A stretch of 37,931 nucleotides of DNA from a virus (lineage: Duplodnaviria > Heunggongvirae > Uroviricota > Caudoviricetes), in the IMG/VR virus record IMGVR_UViG_2711768047_000011; one strand, given 5' to 3'. Positions 19,172 to 27,482 of the stretch are shown piece after piece; positions within the stretch are counted from its first letter, which is position 1, and every line of letters begins with the position of its first letter. A program made the translations under genes and the position numbers. The notes beneath the pieces are model-generated. The model made no database searches, was not told the DNA's origin, and was given only the letters and a program-made list of their open reading frames with translations.

Positions 19172-19304
19172 CGGTGATCTGAACGCATTGCTGGATGAAA
19201 CGGAGGCCGCCTGGGCGGTCTGTGCAGACAAAGTGGACATGATTATTGCGTGTCAGGAGCGAAACAGTGAACAAACCACAATCCCTGCGCCACGCCCTCA
19301 ATAA
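19014..19304 (+). CDS. LysC / Rz1-like outer-membrane lipoprotein spanin
   Basis: Out-of-frame ORF overlapping the lysB 3' end; lipobox LTLSGC; 96 aa as P2 LysC; GTG start. Confidence 0.55.
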   Translation: MRTRIYAAGLILLCLLTLSGCGNVRHSPEVQLTVSGCPRVTPCRLDQTAPRTNGDLNALLDETEAAWAVCADKVDMIIACQERNSEQTTIPAPRPQ

Positions 19305-19698
19305 AGCGGTGCCTTATGTCCGCAATAACCCGGACAAACTACATCTGTTTGTGGATAACGGTTCGCTGGTTGCCACGGGGGCCAGCTCCATGTCATGGGA
19401 GTACCGTTACACCCTGAACGTGGTGATTGAGGATTTCAGCGGCGACCATAATCTGCTGATGGCCCCGGTTTTGCTGTGGCTGCGGGATAACCAGCCTGAT
19501 GCCATCAATAATCCGGCGTTACGGGAAAAACTATTCACCTTTGAAGTGGATATTCTGCGCAACGATGTCTGTGATATCAGCCTTAATCTGCAACTGACGG
19601 AGTGTGTGCTGGTCAGCACTAACGGCAGTGTGTCGAGTGTTGAAGCTGTAGCGGAACCCGATGAACCTGAAGAAATGTGGACGGTTAAACGTGGCTGA
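19267..19698 (+). CDS. tail completion protein R (P2 gpR-like)
   Basis: VNKPQSLRHAL...FVDNGS...RYTLNV...WLRDNQPD parallels the P2 gpR N-terminus; GTG 19267 after AGGAG RBS. Confidence 0.8.
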   Translation: MNKPQSLRHALNKAVPYVRNNPDKLHLFVDNGSLVATGASSMSWEYRYTLNVVIEDFSGDHNLLMAPVLLWLRDNQPDAINNPALREKLFTFEVDILRNDVCDISLNLQLTECVLVSTNGSVSSVEAVAEPDEPEEMWTVKRG

Positions 19699-20140
19699 AC
19701 TGCAGAAAGTGGACGACTGGCTGAGTGCCTTGCTGGCGAATCTGGAACCAGCCGCAAGAAGCCGAATGATGCGCCAGCTGGCGCAGGAACTGCGCCGGAC
19801 ACAGCAGCAGAATATCAGGATGCAGCGCAATCCTGATGGCAGCAGTTATGAACCGCGCAGGGTAACAGCACGCAGTAAAAAAGGCCGTATCAAACGGCAG
19901 ATGTTTGCAAAGCTGCGCACCACAAAATACCTGAAAACTTCCGCCAGCGCCGACTCTGCCAGCGTGCAGTTTGAAGGCAAGGTACAGCGCATTGCCCGTG
20001 TTCACCATTACGGCCTGCGCGATCGCGTTAGCCGTAACGGCCCAGAAGTGCGCTATGCGGTGAGGAAGTTGTTGGGTATCAACGAAGAAGTGGAAACTTT
20101 AACTCAAGACATATTATTAATGTGGATATCCAGGAAGTAA
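19661..20140 (+). CDS. tail completion / virion morphogenesis protein S (P2 gpS-like)
   Basis: 159-aa ORF after R; exact start uncertain. Confidence 0.7.
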   Translation: MNLKKCGRLNVAELQKVDDWLSALLANLEPAARSRMMRQLAQELRRTQQQNIRMQRNPDGSSYEPRRVTARSKKGRIKRQMFAKLRTTKYLKTSASADSASVQFEGKVQRIARVHHYGLRDRVSRNGPEVRYAVRKLLGINEEVETLTQDILLMWISRK

Positions 20141-20252
20141 TATTAGGTGATAAGGGAATGCGTAGACTCTTGCTAATTCCATGATCTTTCTCTTATTTTT
20201 TAATGCCGTGATCTGATAAATTGCCCTCTAGAGTTTGAGTTAGGAGGGTGTT

Positions 20253-21053
20253 ATGTCTGAAAAGTTAATTTTTTTATCCCATATAACAGAAGAAAAAGAA
20301 TTAGCGAAAATAATCAAAGATGCAATTGAAGACGAGTTTTCTGGATTCGTTGAAGTGTTTGTATCGTCAGATGGGAATACAATTAAAGCCGGTCAAAATT
20401 TCTTAAATGTTATTGAAAATGGGTTAGTAAATTGTATTGCTGCTATTTATCTGATAAGCCCAGAATCTGTCCAGAGAAGCTGGATTAGTTTTGAGTTAGG
20501 GGCTGTATGGGTTAGAAATGCTATCAGCCGGCAAAACGGCGGGCCAGAAATCCCTGCTATTCCTTTTTGCCACTCGGATATGACGTTTAGAGACTTGCCC
20601 CAACCTATCTGTAATCTAAATGGTATTGAAGCAAACCGATCTCATTCCTTGGAGTTTGCATTTAAGTCGATTCAGACCGCTGTTGGAGGAAAAGGACGAT
20701 TGAGAACTGATTTTGATGTTCTTGCCGAGAAAGTTAACATTTTTGAGAGAGATTATACAGTCTTCAAAAGTATAGGCGAAATTCTCGGTTTAATTGGTGT
20801 AGATAGCCAGCGTCGCGCACAATTAGTTCAGCTTGTTAATAGTTCAGCAGAGAATGAAGTTATAATTAAAACTGATACTAGGCAGGATTCAGCAGATATA
20901 ATATTTAAATTAGTTGATACTAAGTTAAGTCATTTCGCTAAATATAAAGTAACATCTTCTGGTTTAGGTATGGGACTTCAAGGCGCTTCCCCTTTCTGTG
21001 AATTTGAATTGAGAATGGATCGGAAAATACTCAGTGATTACTTGGCTCGATAG
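20253..21053 (+). CDS. TIR-like domain protein (266 aa), cargo between S and V
   Basis: N-terminal IFLSH...ELAKIIKDAIE...VEVFVSSDG.I.AGQNF...I...I..IYLISPESVQRSWISFELG follows the TIR beta-alpha pattern; very AT-rich; strong RBS TAGGAGGG. Confidence 0.6.
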   Translation: MSEKLIFLSHITEEKELAKIIKDAIEDEFSGFVEVFVSSDGNTIKAGQNFLNVIENGLVNCIAAIYLISPESVQRSWISFELGAVWVRNAISRQNGGPEIPAIPFCHSDMTFRDLPQPICNLNGIEANRSHSLEFAFKSIQTAVGGKGRLRTDFDVLAEKVNIFERDYTVFKSIGEILGLIGVDSQRRAQLVQLVNSSAENEVIIKTDTRQDSADIIFKLVDTKLSHFAKYKVTSSGLGMGLQGASPFCEFELRMDRKILSDYLAR

Positions 21054-21065
21054 TTTCTATTACCT

Positions 21066-21083
21066 TGTGTGAGGTGCCACACA
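21066..21083. promoter_or_regulatory. TGT-N12-ACA dyad upstream of V (candidate late promoter element)
   Basis: TTGTGTGAGGTGCCACACAA; centre only 55 bp from the V ATG, so the promoter geometry is unclear. Confidence 0.3.
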
Positions 21084-21100
21084 ATTCCCTATATTACTAA

Positions 21101-21128
21101 AGCCTGCCAATTTCTGGCAGGCTTTTTC
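21101..21128 (+). terminator. rho-independent terminator after the TIR-like gene
   Basis: AGCCTGCCA-loop-TGGCAGGCT stem followed by TTTTT, ending 2 nt before the V start. Confidence 0.5.
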
Positions 21129-21129
21129 T

Positions 21130-21708
21130 ATGAACGCACAATTAACCGAAATCATGCGCCTTATCACCAACCTGATCCGCACTGGGGTAGTCACCGAAGT
21201 GGACAGGGAAAACTGGCTTTGCCGGGTGAAAACGGGCGAGCTTGAAACCAACTGGATCAGCTGGCTGACGCTGCGTGCCGGGAATGCCCGGACATGGTGG
21301 CGACCATCGGAAGGTGAGCAGGTGGTGCTGCTGAGTCTGGGCGGCAATCTGGAAACCGCCTTTGCGTTACCGGCCATCTATTCGAATCAGTTCGCGCCAC
21401 CGTCGACGTCGGCGGACGCCTGCGTGACAGAACATCCTGACGGTGGCTGGTTTGAATACGAACCCGCCACCGGGCGCTGGTTTGTCAGGGGCATCAAATC
21501 AATGGTCATTGAGACCGCTGACAACATCACCATGAAAACCAGTGAGTTTGTGCTGGAGGCTGACCGCACGCGTATTAACAGCGAAGTGGTGATCAATGGT
21601 GGCGTTACCCAGAGCGGCGGTGCGATGAGTTCTAACGGGATCGTGGTTGATGCGCATCAGCATACTGGCGTCCTGAAAGGCGGCGATACAACCGGAGGCC
21701 CGGTATGA
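21130..21708 (+). CDS. baseplate spike protein (P2 gpV-like)
   Basis: MNAQLTEIMRLITNLIRTG... parallels the P2 gpV N-terminus. Confidence 0.85.
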   Translation: MNAQLTEIMRLITNLIRTGVVTEVDRENWLCRVKTGELETNWISWLTLRAGNARTWWRPSEGEQVVLLSLGGNLETAFALPAIYSNQFAPPSTSADACVTEHPDGGWFEYEPATGRWFVRGIKSMVIETADNITMKTSEFVLEADRTRINSEVVINGGVTQSGGAMSSNGIVVDAHQHTGVLKGGDTTGGPV

Positions 21709-22064
21709 CGCTTTATATCGGGATGAACAATACCAGCGGTAAAGCCATTACTGATATTGACCATCTGCGCCAGTCGGTGCGGGACATTCTGCTGACACCG
21801 CAGGGTAGCCGTATTGCCCGTCGGGAATATGGATCTCTGCTGTCGGCTTTAATAGATCAGCCACAAAATCCGGCATTACGCCTGCAGGTCATGTCGGCAG
21901 TGTATGTGGCGCTGAGTCGCTGGGAGCCACGGTTGACGCTGGATTCCATCACCATCAACAGCAATTTTGACGGTTCAATGGTGGTGGAGCTGACCGGGCG
22001 GCGGAATAACGGTGTGCCTGTGTCCCTTTCCGTATCAACAGGAGCAGAGAATGGCAGTGATTGA
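21705..22064 (+). CDS. baseplate protein (P2 gpW-like)
   Basis: 119 aa; ATGA overlap with V. Confidence 0.85.
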   Translation: MTLYIGMNNTSGKAITDIDHLRQSVRDILLTPQGSRIARREYGSLLSALIDQPQNPALRLQVMSAVYVALSRWEPRLTLDSITINSNFDGSMVVELTGRRNNGVPVSLSVSTGAENGSD

Positions 22065-22959
22065 CCTTTCGCAGTTGCCTGCACCGCAGATTGTGGATGT
22101 GCCGGACTTTGAGACGCTGCTTGCCGAACGCAAGGCAGAATTTGTGGCGCTTCATCCGAAAGATGAGCAGGAAGCAGTGATCCGCACGCTGGAACTGGAA
22201 TCTGAACCCGCCACTAAATTGTTGCAGGAGAACGCTTACCGTGAGTTGCTTCTGCGCCAGCGCATTAACGAAGCCGCGCAGGCGGTGATGGTGGCTTACG
22301 CGATGGGCGGCGATCTTGACCAGCTCGCTGCCAACTACAACGTGACACGCCTGACGGTGACGCCTGCTGATAATGATGCTGTGCCGCCCGTTGCAGCTGT
22401 GATGGAAAGCGATGAAGCGTTGCGCCTGCGTGTGCCTGCGGCCTTTGAAGGGCTTTCTGTTGCGGGGCCAACTGCAGCTTATGAATTTCATGCCCGAAGC
22501 GCCGACGGTCGGGTGGCGGATGCCAGTGCAACCAGCCCGGCACCTGCAGAGGTGGTGCTGACTGTCCTTAGCCGCGAAGGCGATGGAACTGCAGAAAAAG
22601 ACCTGCTGGACGTGGTGGAAAAAGCTCTGAACAGTGAGAACGTCCGCCCGGTGGCTGACCGTCTTACGGTTCGCAGCGCAGAAATCATCCCGTATCGCGT
22701 GGAAGCCACCATTTTTCTCTATCCTGGACCGGAAGCAGAGCCGGTAATGGCAGCGGCAAAAGCCAGCCTGCAGAAGTACATCGCCAGTCAGACGCGTCTT
22801 GGTCGGGATATTCGCCGTAGCGCCATTTTTGCCGCCCTGCATGTTGAGGGGGTGCAGCGTGTGGAGCTGGCTTCTCCTCTGGCGGATGTGGTCCTGAACA
22901 AAACACAGGCGGCATCATGTACGCAGTGGAGCGTAACCAACGGAGGAACGGATGAATAG
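22051..22959 (+). CDS. baseplate protein (P2 gpJ-like)
   Basis: 302 aa from ATG 22051 (RBS AGGAG), same length as P2 gpJ. Confidence 0.85.
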   Translation: MAVIDLSQLPAPQIVDVPDFETLLAERKAEFVALHPKDEQEAVIRTLELESEPATKLLQENAYRELLLRQRINEAAQAVMVAYAMGGDLDQLAANYNVTRLTVTPADNDAVPPVAAVMESDEALRLRVPAAFEGLSVAGPTAAYEFHARSADGRVADASATSPAPAEVVLTVLSREGDGTAEKDLLDVVEKALNSENVRPVADRLTVRSAEIIPYRVEATIFLYPGPEAEPVMAAAKASLQKYIASQTRLGRDIRRSAIFAALHVEGVQRVELASPLADVVLNKTQAASCTQWSVTNGGTDE

Positions 22960-23557
22960 TCTGCTGCCACCGGGTTCAACACCACTGGAGCGCCGACTGG
23001 CGCAAGCGTGCAGCGGGATTTCTGATTTGCAGGTGCCGCTGCGTGACCTGTGGGATCCGACGACCTGTCCGGTCAGTTTCCTGCCTTATCTCGCCTGGGC
23101 GTTCTCTGTGGATCGCTGGGATGAGGGCTGGACTGAAAGCGTCAAGCGCCAGGTGGTGAAGGATGCTTTTTATATTCATCAGCATAAAGGGACCACCAGT
23201 GCCGTGCGTCGGGTGGTGGAGCCGTTCGGCTTTCTGATCCGCATTATTGAGTGGTGGCAGACCGGAGAGACACCGGGCACGTTTCGTCTGGATATCGGCG
23301 TGCAGGACCAGGGCATCACTGAAGATACCTATCTGGAACTTGAGCGACTGATAAGCGATGCCAAACCATGTAGCCGTCACATGATCGGCATGTCCATCAA
23401 CCTGCAGACCAGCGGCCCGCATTGGGTGGGAGTCGCCAGCTATCTTGGCGAAGAAATCACGATCTATCCGTATATCAACGAAACGATTATTTCCGGTGGC
23501 ACCGCGCATGAAGGCGGGGCGGTCCATGTTATTGACACAATGAGAGTGAATCCATGA
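22952..23557 (+). CDS. baseplate/tail protein (P2 gpI-like)
   Basis: 201 aa; position after J. Confidence 0.8.
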   Translation: MNSLLPPGSTPLERRLAQACSGISDLQVPLRDLWDPTTCPVSFLPYLAWAFSVDRWDEGWTESVKRQVVKDAFYIHQHKGTTSAVRRVVEPFGFLIRIIEWWQTGETPGTFRLDIGVQDQGITEDTYLELERLISDAKPCSRHMIGMSINLQTSGPHWVGVASYLGEEITIYPYINETIISGGTAHEGGAVHVIDTMRVNP

Positions 23558-25059
23558 GCACAAAATTTTATACCCTGCTGACGGATATTGGCGCGGCGAA
23601 ACTTGCCAGCGCCGCCGCGCTCGGTGTGCCTTTAAAAATTACCCATATGGCGGTCGGCGATGGCGGCGGAACATTGCCAACGCCGGACGCAAAGCAGACA
23701 GCATTGGTAAATGAGAAACGCCGGGCTGCGCTGAATATGCTCTATATCGACCCGCAGAACAGCAGCCAGATTATTGCTGAACAGGTGATCCCTGAAAACG
23801 AGGGCGGTTGGTGGATACGTGAAGTGGGCTTGTTTGATGAGTCCGGGGCATTGATTGCCGTGGGTAACTGCCCGGAAAGCTATAAGCCGCAACTGGCTGA
23901 AGGCAGTGGGCGTACCCAGACCGTGCGCATGGTGCTGATTACCAGCAGTACGGACAATATCATCCTGAAAATCGACCCTGCTGTAGTGCTGGCAACACGC
24001 AAGTATGTGGATGACAAGGCACTGGAGCTGAAGGTGTACGTGGATGACCTGATAGCAAAACATCTTGCCGCACTGGACCCGCATTCACAGTATGCACCCA
24101 AAGAAAGTCCGACATTTACCGGAACCCCCAAAGCGCCAACGCCAGCGGCGGGGAATAATACCACTCAGCTTGCGACCACCGCATTTGTTCAGGCGGCACT
24201 GACGGCCCTGATTAATGGTGCGCCAGCCACGCTGGACACGCTGAAAGAAATAGCCGCAGCCATTAACAATGATCCGAAATTCAGTACCACCATTAACAAT
24301 GCACTGGCACAAAAAGCGCCGCTGTCGAGTCCGGCACTCACCGGAACGCCAACAGCACCTACTGCGGCGCAGTCGGTCAACAATACACAGATTGCCACTA
24401 CAGCTTTTGTGAAATCAGCGATTGCAGCAATGGTGGGTTCTGCACCTGCGGCACTGGATACACTGAACGAACTGGCGGCGGCACTGGGGAATGATCCGAA
24501 CTTTGCCACGACAATGCTTAATGCGCTGGCAGGTAAACAACCGCTGGACAATACGCTGACTCATTTGAGTGGAAAGGATGTAGCAGGTCTTCTCGCATAC
24601 CTTGGTTTGGGAGAAGGTGCTCCAGCTATTGGCGTTCCGTTCTTCTGGCCCTCCGCTGCAATGCCAAATTCTGTCATCGACAGCTGGTCCGGTATGGTGT
24701 TTTTGAAGTTCAACGGCGCGAAATTCTCTGCCACTGATTATCCTGTGCTGGCGAAAGTGTTTCCTTCGCTGGTATTACCTGAAGCCCGCGGTGATTTCAT
24801 TCGTATCTGGGATGACGGGCGAGGTGCAGACGGTGGTCGCGAATTATTAAGCTGGCAGGCAGCTACAAACTTTTCTCAGTTTGCCGGGAATATAGGCGAA
24901 GGTGCGGGACACGCAATTAACTTTCATGATGGCATCGCCGGAAATCAGCCAGGATTTTCACGATTTAATTTCACCAGTAACTCTGTGGGTGATGGTGTGA
25001 ATTTTGTTGCTGTCAGACCGCGAAATATTGCATTTAACTTTCTGGTGAGGGCTAAATAA
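23554..25059 (+). CDS. tail fibre protein (P2 gpH-like)
   Basis: 501 aa; internal tandem repeat (about 60 aa x2: ...TQLATTAFV...DTLKEIAAA...NDPKF... / ...TQIATTAFV...DTLNELAAA...NDPNF...). Confidence 0.85.
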   Translation: MSTKFYTLLTDIGAAKLASAAALGVPLKITHMAVGDGGGTLPTPDAKQTALVNEKRRAALNMLYIDPQNSSQIIAEQVIPENEGGWWIREVGLFDESGALIAVGNCPESYKPQLAEGSGRTQTVRMVLITSSTDNIILKIDPAVVLATRKYVDDKALELKVYVDDLIAKHLAALDPHSQYAPKESPTFTGTPKAPTPAAGNNTTQLATTAFVQAALTALINGAPATLDTLKEIAAAINNDPKFSTTINNALAQKAPLSSPALTGTPTAPTAAQSVNNTQIATTAFVKSAIAAMVGSAPAALDTLNELAAALGNDPNFATTMLNALAGKQPLDNTLTHLSGKDVAGLLAYLGLGEGAPAIGVPFFWPSAAMPNSVIDSWSGMVFLKFNGAKFSATDYPVLAKVFPSLVLPEARGDFIRIWDDGRGADGGRELLSWQAATNFSQFAGNIGEGAGHAINFHDGIAGNQPGFSRFNFTSNSVGDGVNFVAVRPRNIAFNFLVRAK

Positions 25060-25652
25060 TGAAACCTGTTTTTGATGAAAATGGGCTGGCTACAGTGCCG
25101 GGCGATATGCGTTGTTTTTATTATGATGCTGAAACATCTGAGTATACGGGCTGGTCTGATGAATATATTAATACTGGCGTAAGTATGCCCGCCTGTTCCA
25201 CTGGTATTGACCCTGGCGAAAACATTCCGGGAAAAGTGGCAGTATTTACGGGTAAGGGATGGAGCCATGAAGAAGACCATCGCAATGAGACCGTTTACTC
25301 AACTGAAAATGGCGCAGCTGTTACAGTGGATTATATCGGTGCCATCAAAGACGGTTATGTCACGCTTTCACCGTTAACGCCATACGATAAATGGGATGGT
25401 GAGAAATGGGTGACGGATACCGAGGCACAGCATAGCGCCGCAGTAGAAGCGGCAGAAGCACAGCGCCAGTCGCTGATTGATGCTGCAATGGCTTCCATCA
25501 GTCTGATTCAACTGAAATTACAGGCCGGACGGAAGTTGACGCAGGCAGAAACAACCCGACTTAACGCCGTGCTGGATTACATTGACGCGGTGGCGGCAAC
25601 AGATACCAGCACCGCGCCGGATGTCATCTGGCCTGAACTGCCGGAGGCGTAG
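25059..25652 (+). CDS. tail fibre assembly protein (P2 gpG-like)
   Basis: 197 aa; C-terminus ...LDYIDAV...DTSTAPDVIWPELP typical of fibre assembly chaperones. Confidence 0.8.
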   Translation: MKPVFDENGLATVPGDMRCFYYDAETSEYTGWSDEYINTGVSMPACSTGIDPGENIPGKVAVFTGKGWSHEEDHRNETVYSTENGAAVTVDYIGAIKDGYVTLSPLTPYDKWDGEKWVTDTEAQHSAAVEAAEAQRQSLIDAAMASISLIQLKLQAGRKLTQAETTRLNAVLDYIDAVAATDTSTAPDVIWPELPEA

Positions 25653-25902
25653 GCCATTCAATATCTGGTGCACTGGAAGTATCGACCAGTTCCAGTGCGT
25701 CCAGGTAATCCAGCCACAAATTATATTGTGCCAGTTCCTCACCTTTCAGACAACCAATAGCTGCTTTGCCAGGCCATTGCTTACTGTTTATAAACTCATT
25801 AGCCCAGTCTATTCGCAGCTGTTTCTCTGCTTCGGCAGCAATAACAATCTCATATAAATGAAACTGATAAGTTTTTATTAAAAGTAAGATGGATACCACC
25901 AT
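25624..25902 (-). pseudogene. inverted remnant of an alternative tail fibre assembly gene (G')
   Basis: Minus-strand ORF whose C-terminus (...LDYLDALELVDTSSAPDIEWPTPP) parallels the gpG C-terminus and converges on G with a 29-bp overlap; N-terminal about two-thirds missing. Confidence 0.55.
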
Positions 25903-25925
25903 TTAATATAAATGGTGGTTCACAG

Positions 25926-26798
25926 TTAACTAGCGTGTAATAAGTTGAACAGGTTTTTAGTTACTTCGTTTTTAGTACTAAAAAACATATCTTTAAGGTC
26001 AGGTAATGCAAAGAGAGCATTTGGGGTATTCGGTACAACAATAGGAGGTTCATATCCGTTGTCATACATTTTCTTTAAAGCGGCTACTATTTTTTTCTGA
26101 TTTCGATTGAATTCATTCATGTCAATAAAAATTTCTCCAGATAGTGTCCCGTCATCTTCACGTAGTATCGCTGGTTTGACACGACATATCTGATCCATTT
26201 CTCCAGTAGAAAAACCGGCAATCGCTGCATTAAATAACAAAGATGAAGTAGCCCATTTTTCATATAGTTTTTTGATAGCCATGCTTCTGATTTTTTTATC
26301 GTTGATATATCCAATGCCACTGGCCAAAACTTCGGTTAATGGATTTTCCCCGCGAGTTACTCCAGACCAATAGTTGTGCATCCAGGGCGCATTTTGCTCA
26401 AGTGGAGAGCCGAGATAATCAGTGATCCACTCTGAATCCACCTCTGTAAAGTTCAAACCATGAAAATCAATTTCTGCAATAGTATTTTTATAGTTTTGAT
26501 TTAAACTCCAACGGTCGATTGCTATTTCAGCCATTTCTTTTGTTTTGAATAGGTATATTCCGGTTAGGCGGGAAACCTTATCTCTGAAATTGTCTGAGCG
26601 AACCTTTTCAAGAGCTAACTCATTTTGTAATTTTTCATTGTGATTATCTGATAAGTATTTCCTTACTAGATTGTAGAACCAAATAGATACTCCAAACTCA
26701 CTTTTATAGCAAATTGATTCAATTCTTCCTATTGCAACCTCCCAGGCAACAATTGGATTATTTAAATTTAAGTAAGCATATAGTTTTCTCTGTTCCAT
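25926..26798 (-). CDS. hypothetical protein (290 aa), AT-rich cargo in the tail-fibre switch locus
   Basis: ATG at 26796..26798 with AAGGA RBS (MEQRKLYAYL...); very AT-rich; no family recognised. Confidence 0.55.
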   Translation of the reverse strand: MEQRKLYAYLNLNNPIVAWEVAIGRIESICYKSEFGVSIWFYNLVRKYLSDNHNEKLQNELALEKVRSDNFRDKVSRLTGIYLFKTKEMAEIAIDRWSLNQNYKNTIAEIDFHGLNFTEVDSEWITDYLGSPLEQNAPWMHNYWSGVTRGENPLTEVLASGIGYINDKKIRSMAIKKLYEKWATSSLLFNAAIAGFSTGEMDQICRVKPAILREDDGTLSGEIFIDMNEFNRNQKKIVAALKKMYDNGYEPPIVVPNTPNALFALPDLKDMFFSTKNEVTKNLFNLLHAS

Positions 26799-26935
26799 TT
26801 TTATTTTCCTTATAGATGCTATGAAGGTTATTATTACATAAATGTTCGATAAATATTTTAAAGTTTTAACTATGTTTCGGTGGCAATAAATATACATTAC
26901 AAGTGAAATTTATCAAGATAACAAAAGGATAGCTA

Positions 26936-27340
26936 ATGCTAATAGGCTATGTACTCGTGTCAACAAATGACCAGAACACCGAGCTGTAACTCTTTATGCT
27001 GACAGAAGAGTTGCGCCAGCATGGTGTGAATTTTAGAAGCCTGACTGACAGTATTGATACCAGTACCCCAATGGGCCGTTTCTTTTTTCATGTCACGGGT
27101 GCCCTGGCTGAAATGGAACGCGAACTGATAGTTGAACGTACCAGGGCGGGGCTTGCTGCAGCTCGCGCCAAAGGCAGAGTAGGTGGACGCCGTCCTAAGT
27201 TGACCACCGAACAGTGGGCACAGATTGGGCGTTTACTCGAGGCCGGAGAATCAAGACAGCGTATTGCACTGATTTTTGATGTGGGTGTTTCCACAATTTA
27301 TAGAAAATTTCCGCCAAATAAGAGCAATGAATCCCCCTGA
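26936..27340 (+). pseudogene. Gin/Hin/Pin-family serine DNA invertase, internally deleted
   Basis: N-terminus MLIGYVLVSTNDQNTEL then in-frame stop at 26987, resuming as LTEELRQHGVNFRSLTDSIDTSTPMGRFFFHV...GGRRPKLT (C-terminal HTH). About 58 codons of the catalytic domain absent and the conserved Arg in YVRVST is Leu. Confidence 0.7.
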
Positions 27341-27388
27341 ATCAGCATAATTTTGATTATCCCTGCAAGCAGACAAATACCGTCATTT

Positions 27389-27406
27389 TGTGTGAATAAC
27401 GGTACA
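27389..27406. promoter_or_regulatory. TGT-N12-ACA dyad upstream of FI (candidate Ogr-dependent late promoter element)
   Basis: TTGTGTGAATAACGGTACAA centred 86 bp upstream of the FI ATG, same spacing as the O element. Confidence 0.45.
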
Positions 27407-27482
27407 ACTGCGCTTAGCTGTTTGTCAGGCACAATCACTTCAACATAGGGCGAAGCCTAATCCAATCAGGAGGTTCGCCACT

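Noticed and set aside
21101-21128. Hairpin before V as part of the V promoter rather than a terminator
   Set aside because: Its GC stem plus T-run directly after the TIR-like gene stop fits an intrinsic terminator for the cargo transcript; a promoter role is not excluded but is less parsimonious.
26900-26935. Intact gix/hix recombination site upstream of the invertase
   Set aside because: Only a TTATCAA half-site-like remnant is visible and it does not form a convincing inverted partner with the candidate site in H; reported only as a degenerate remnant.
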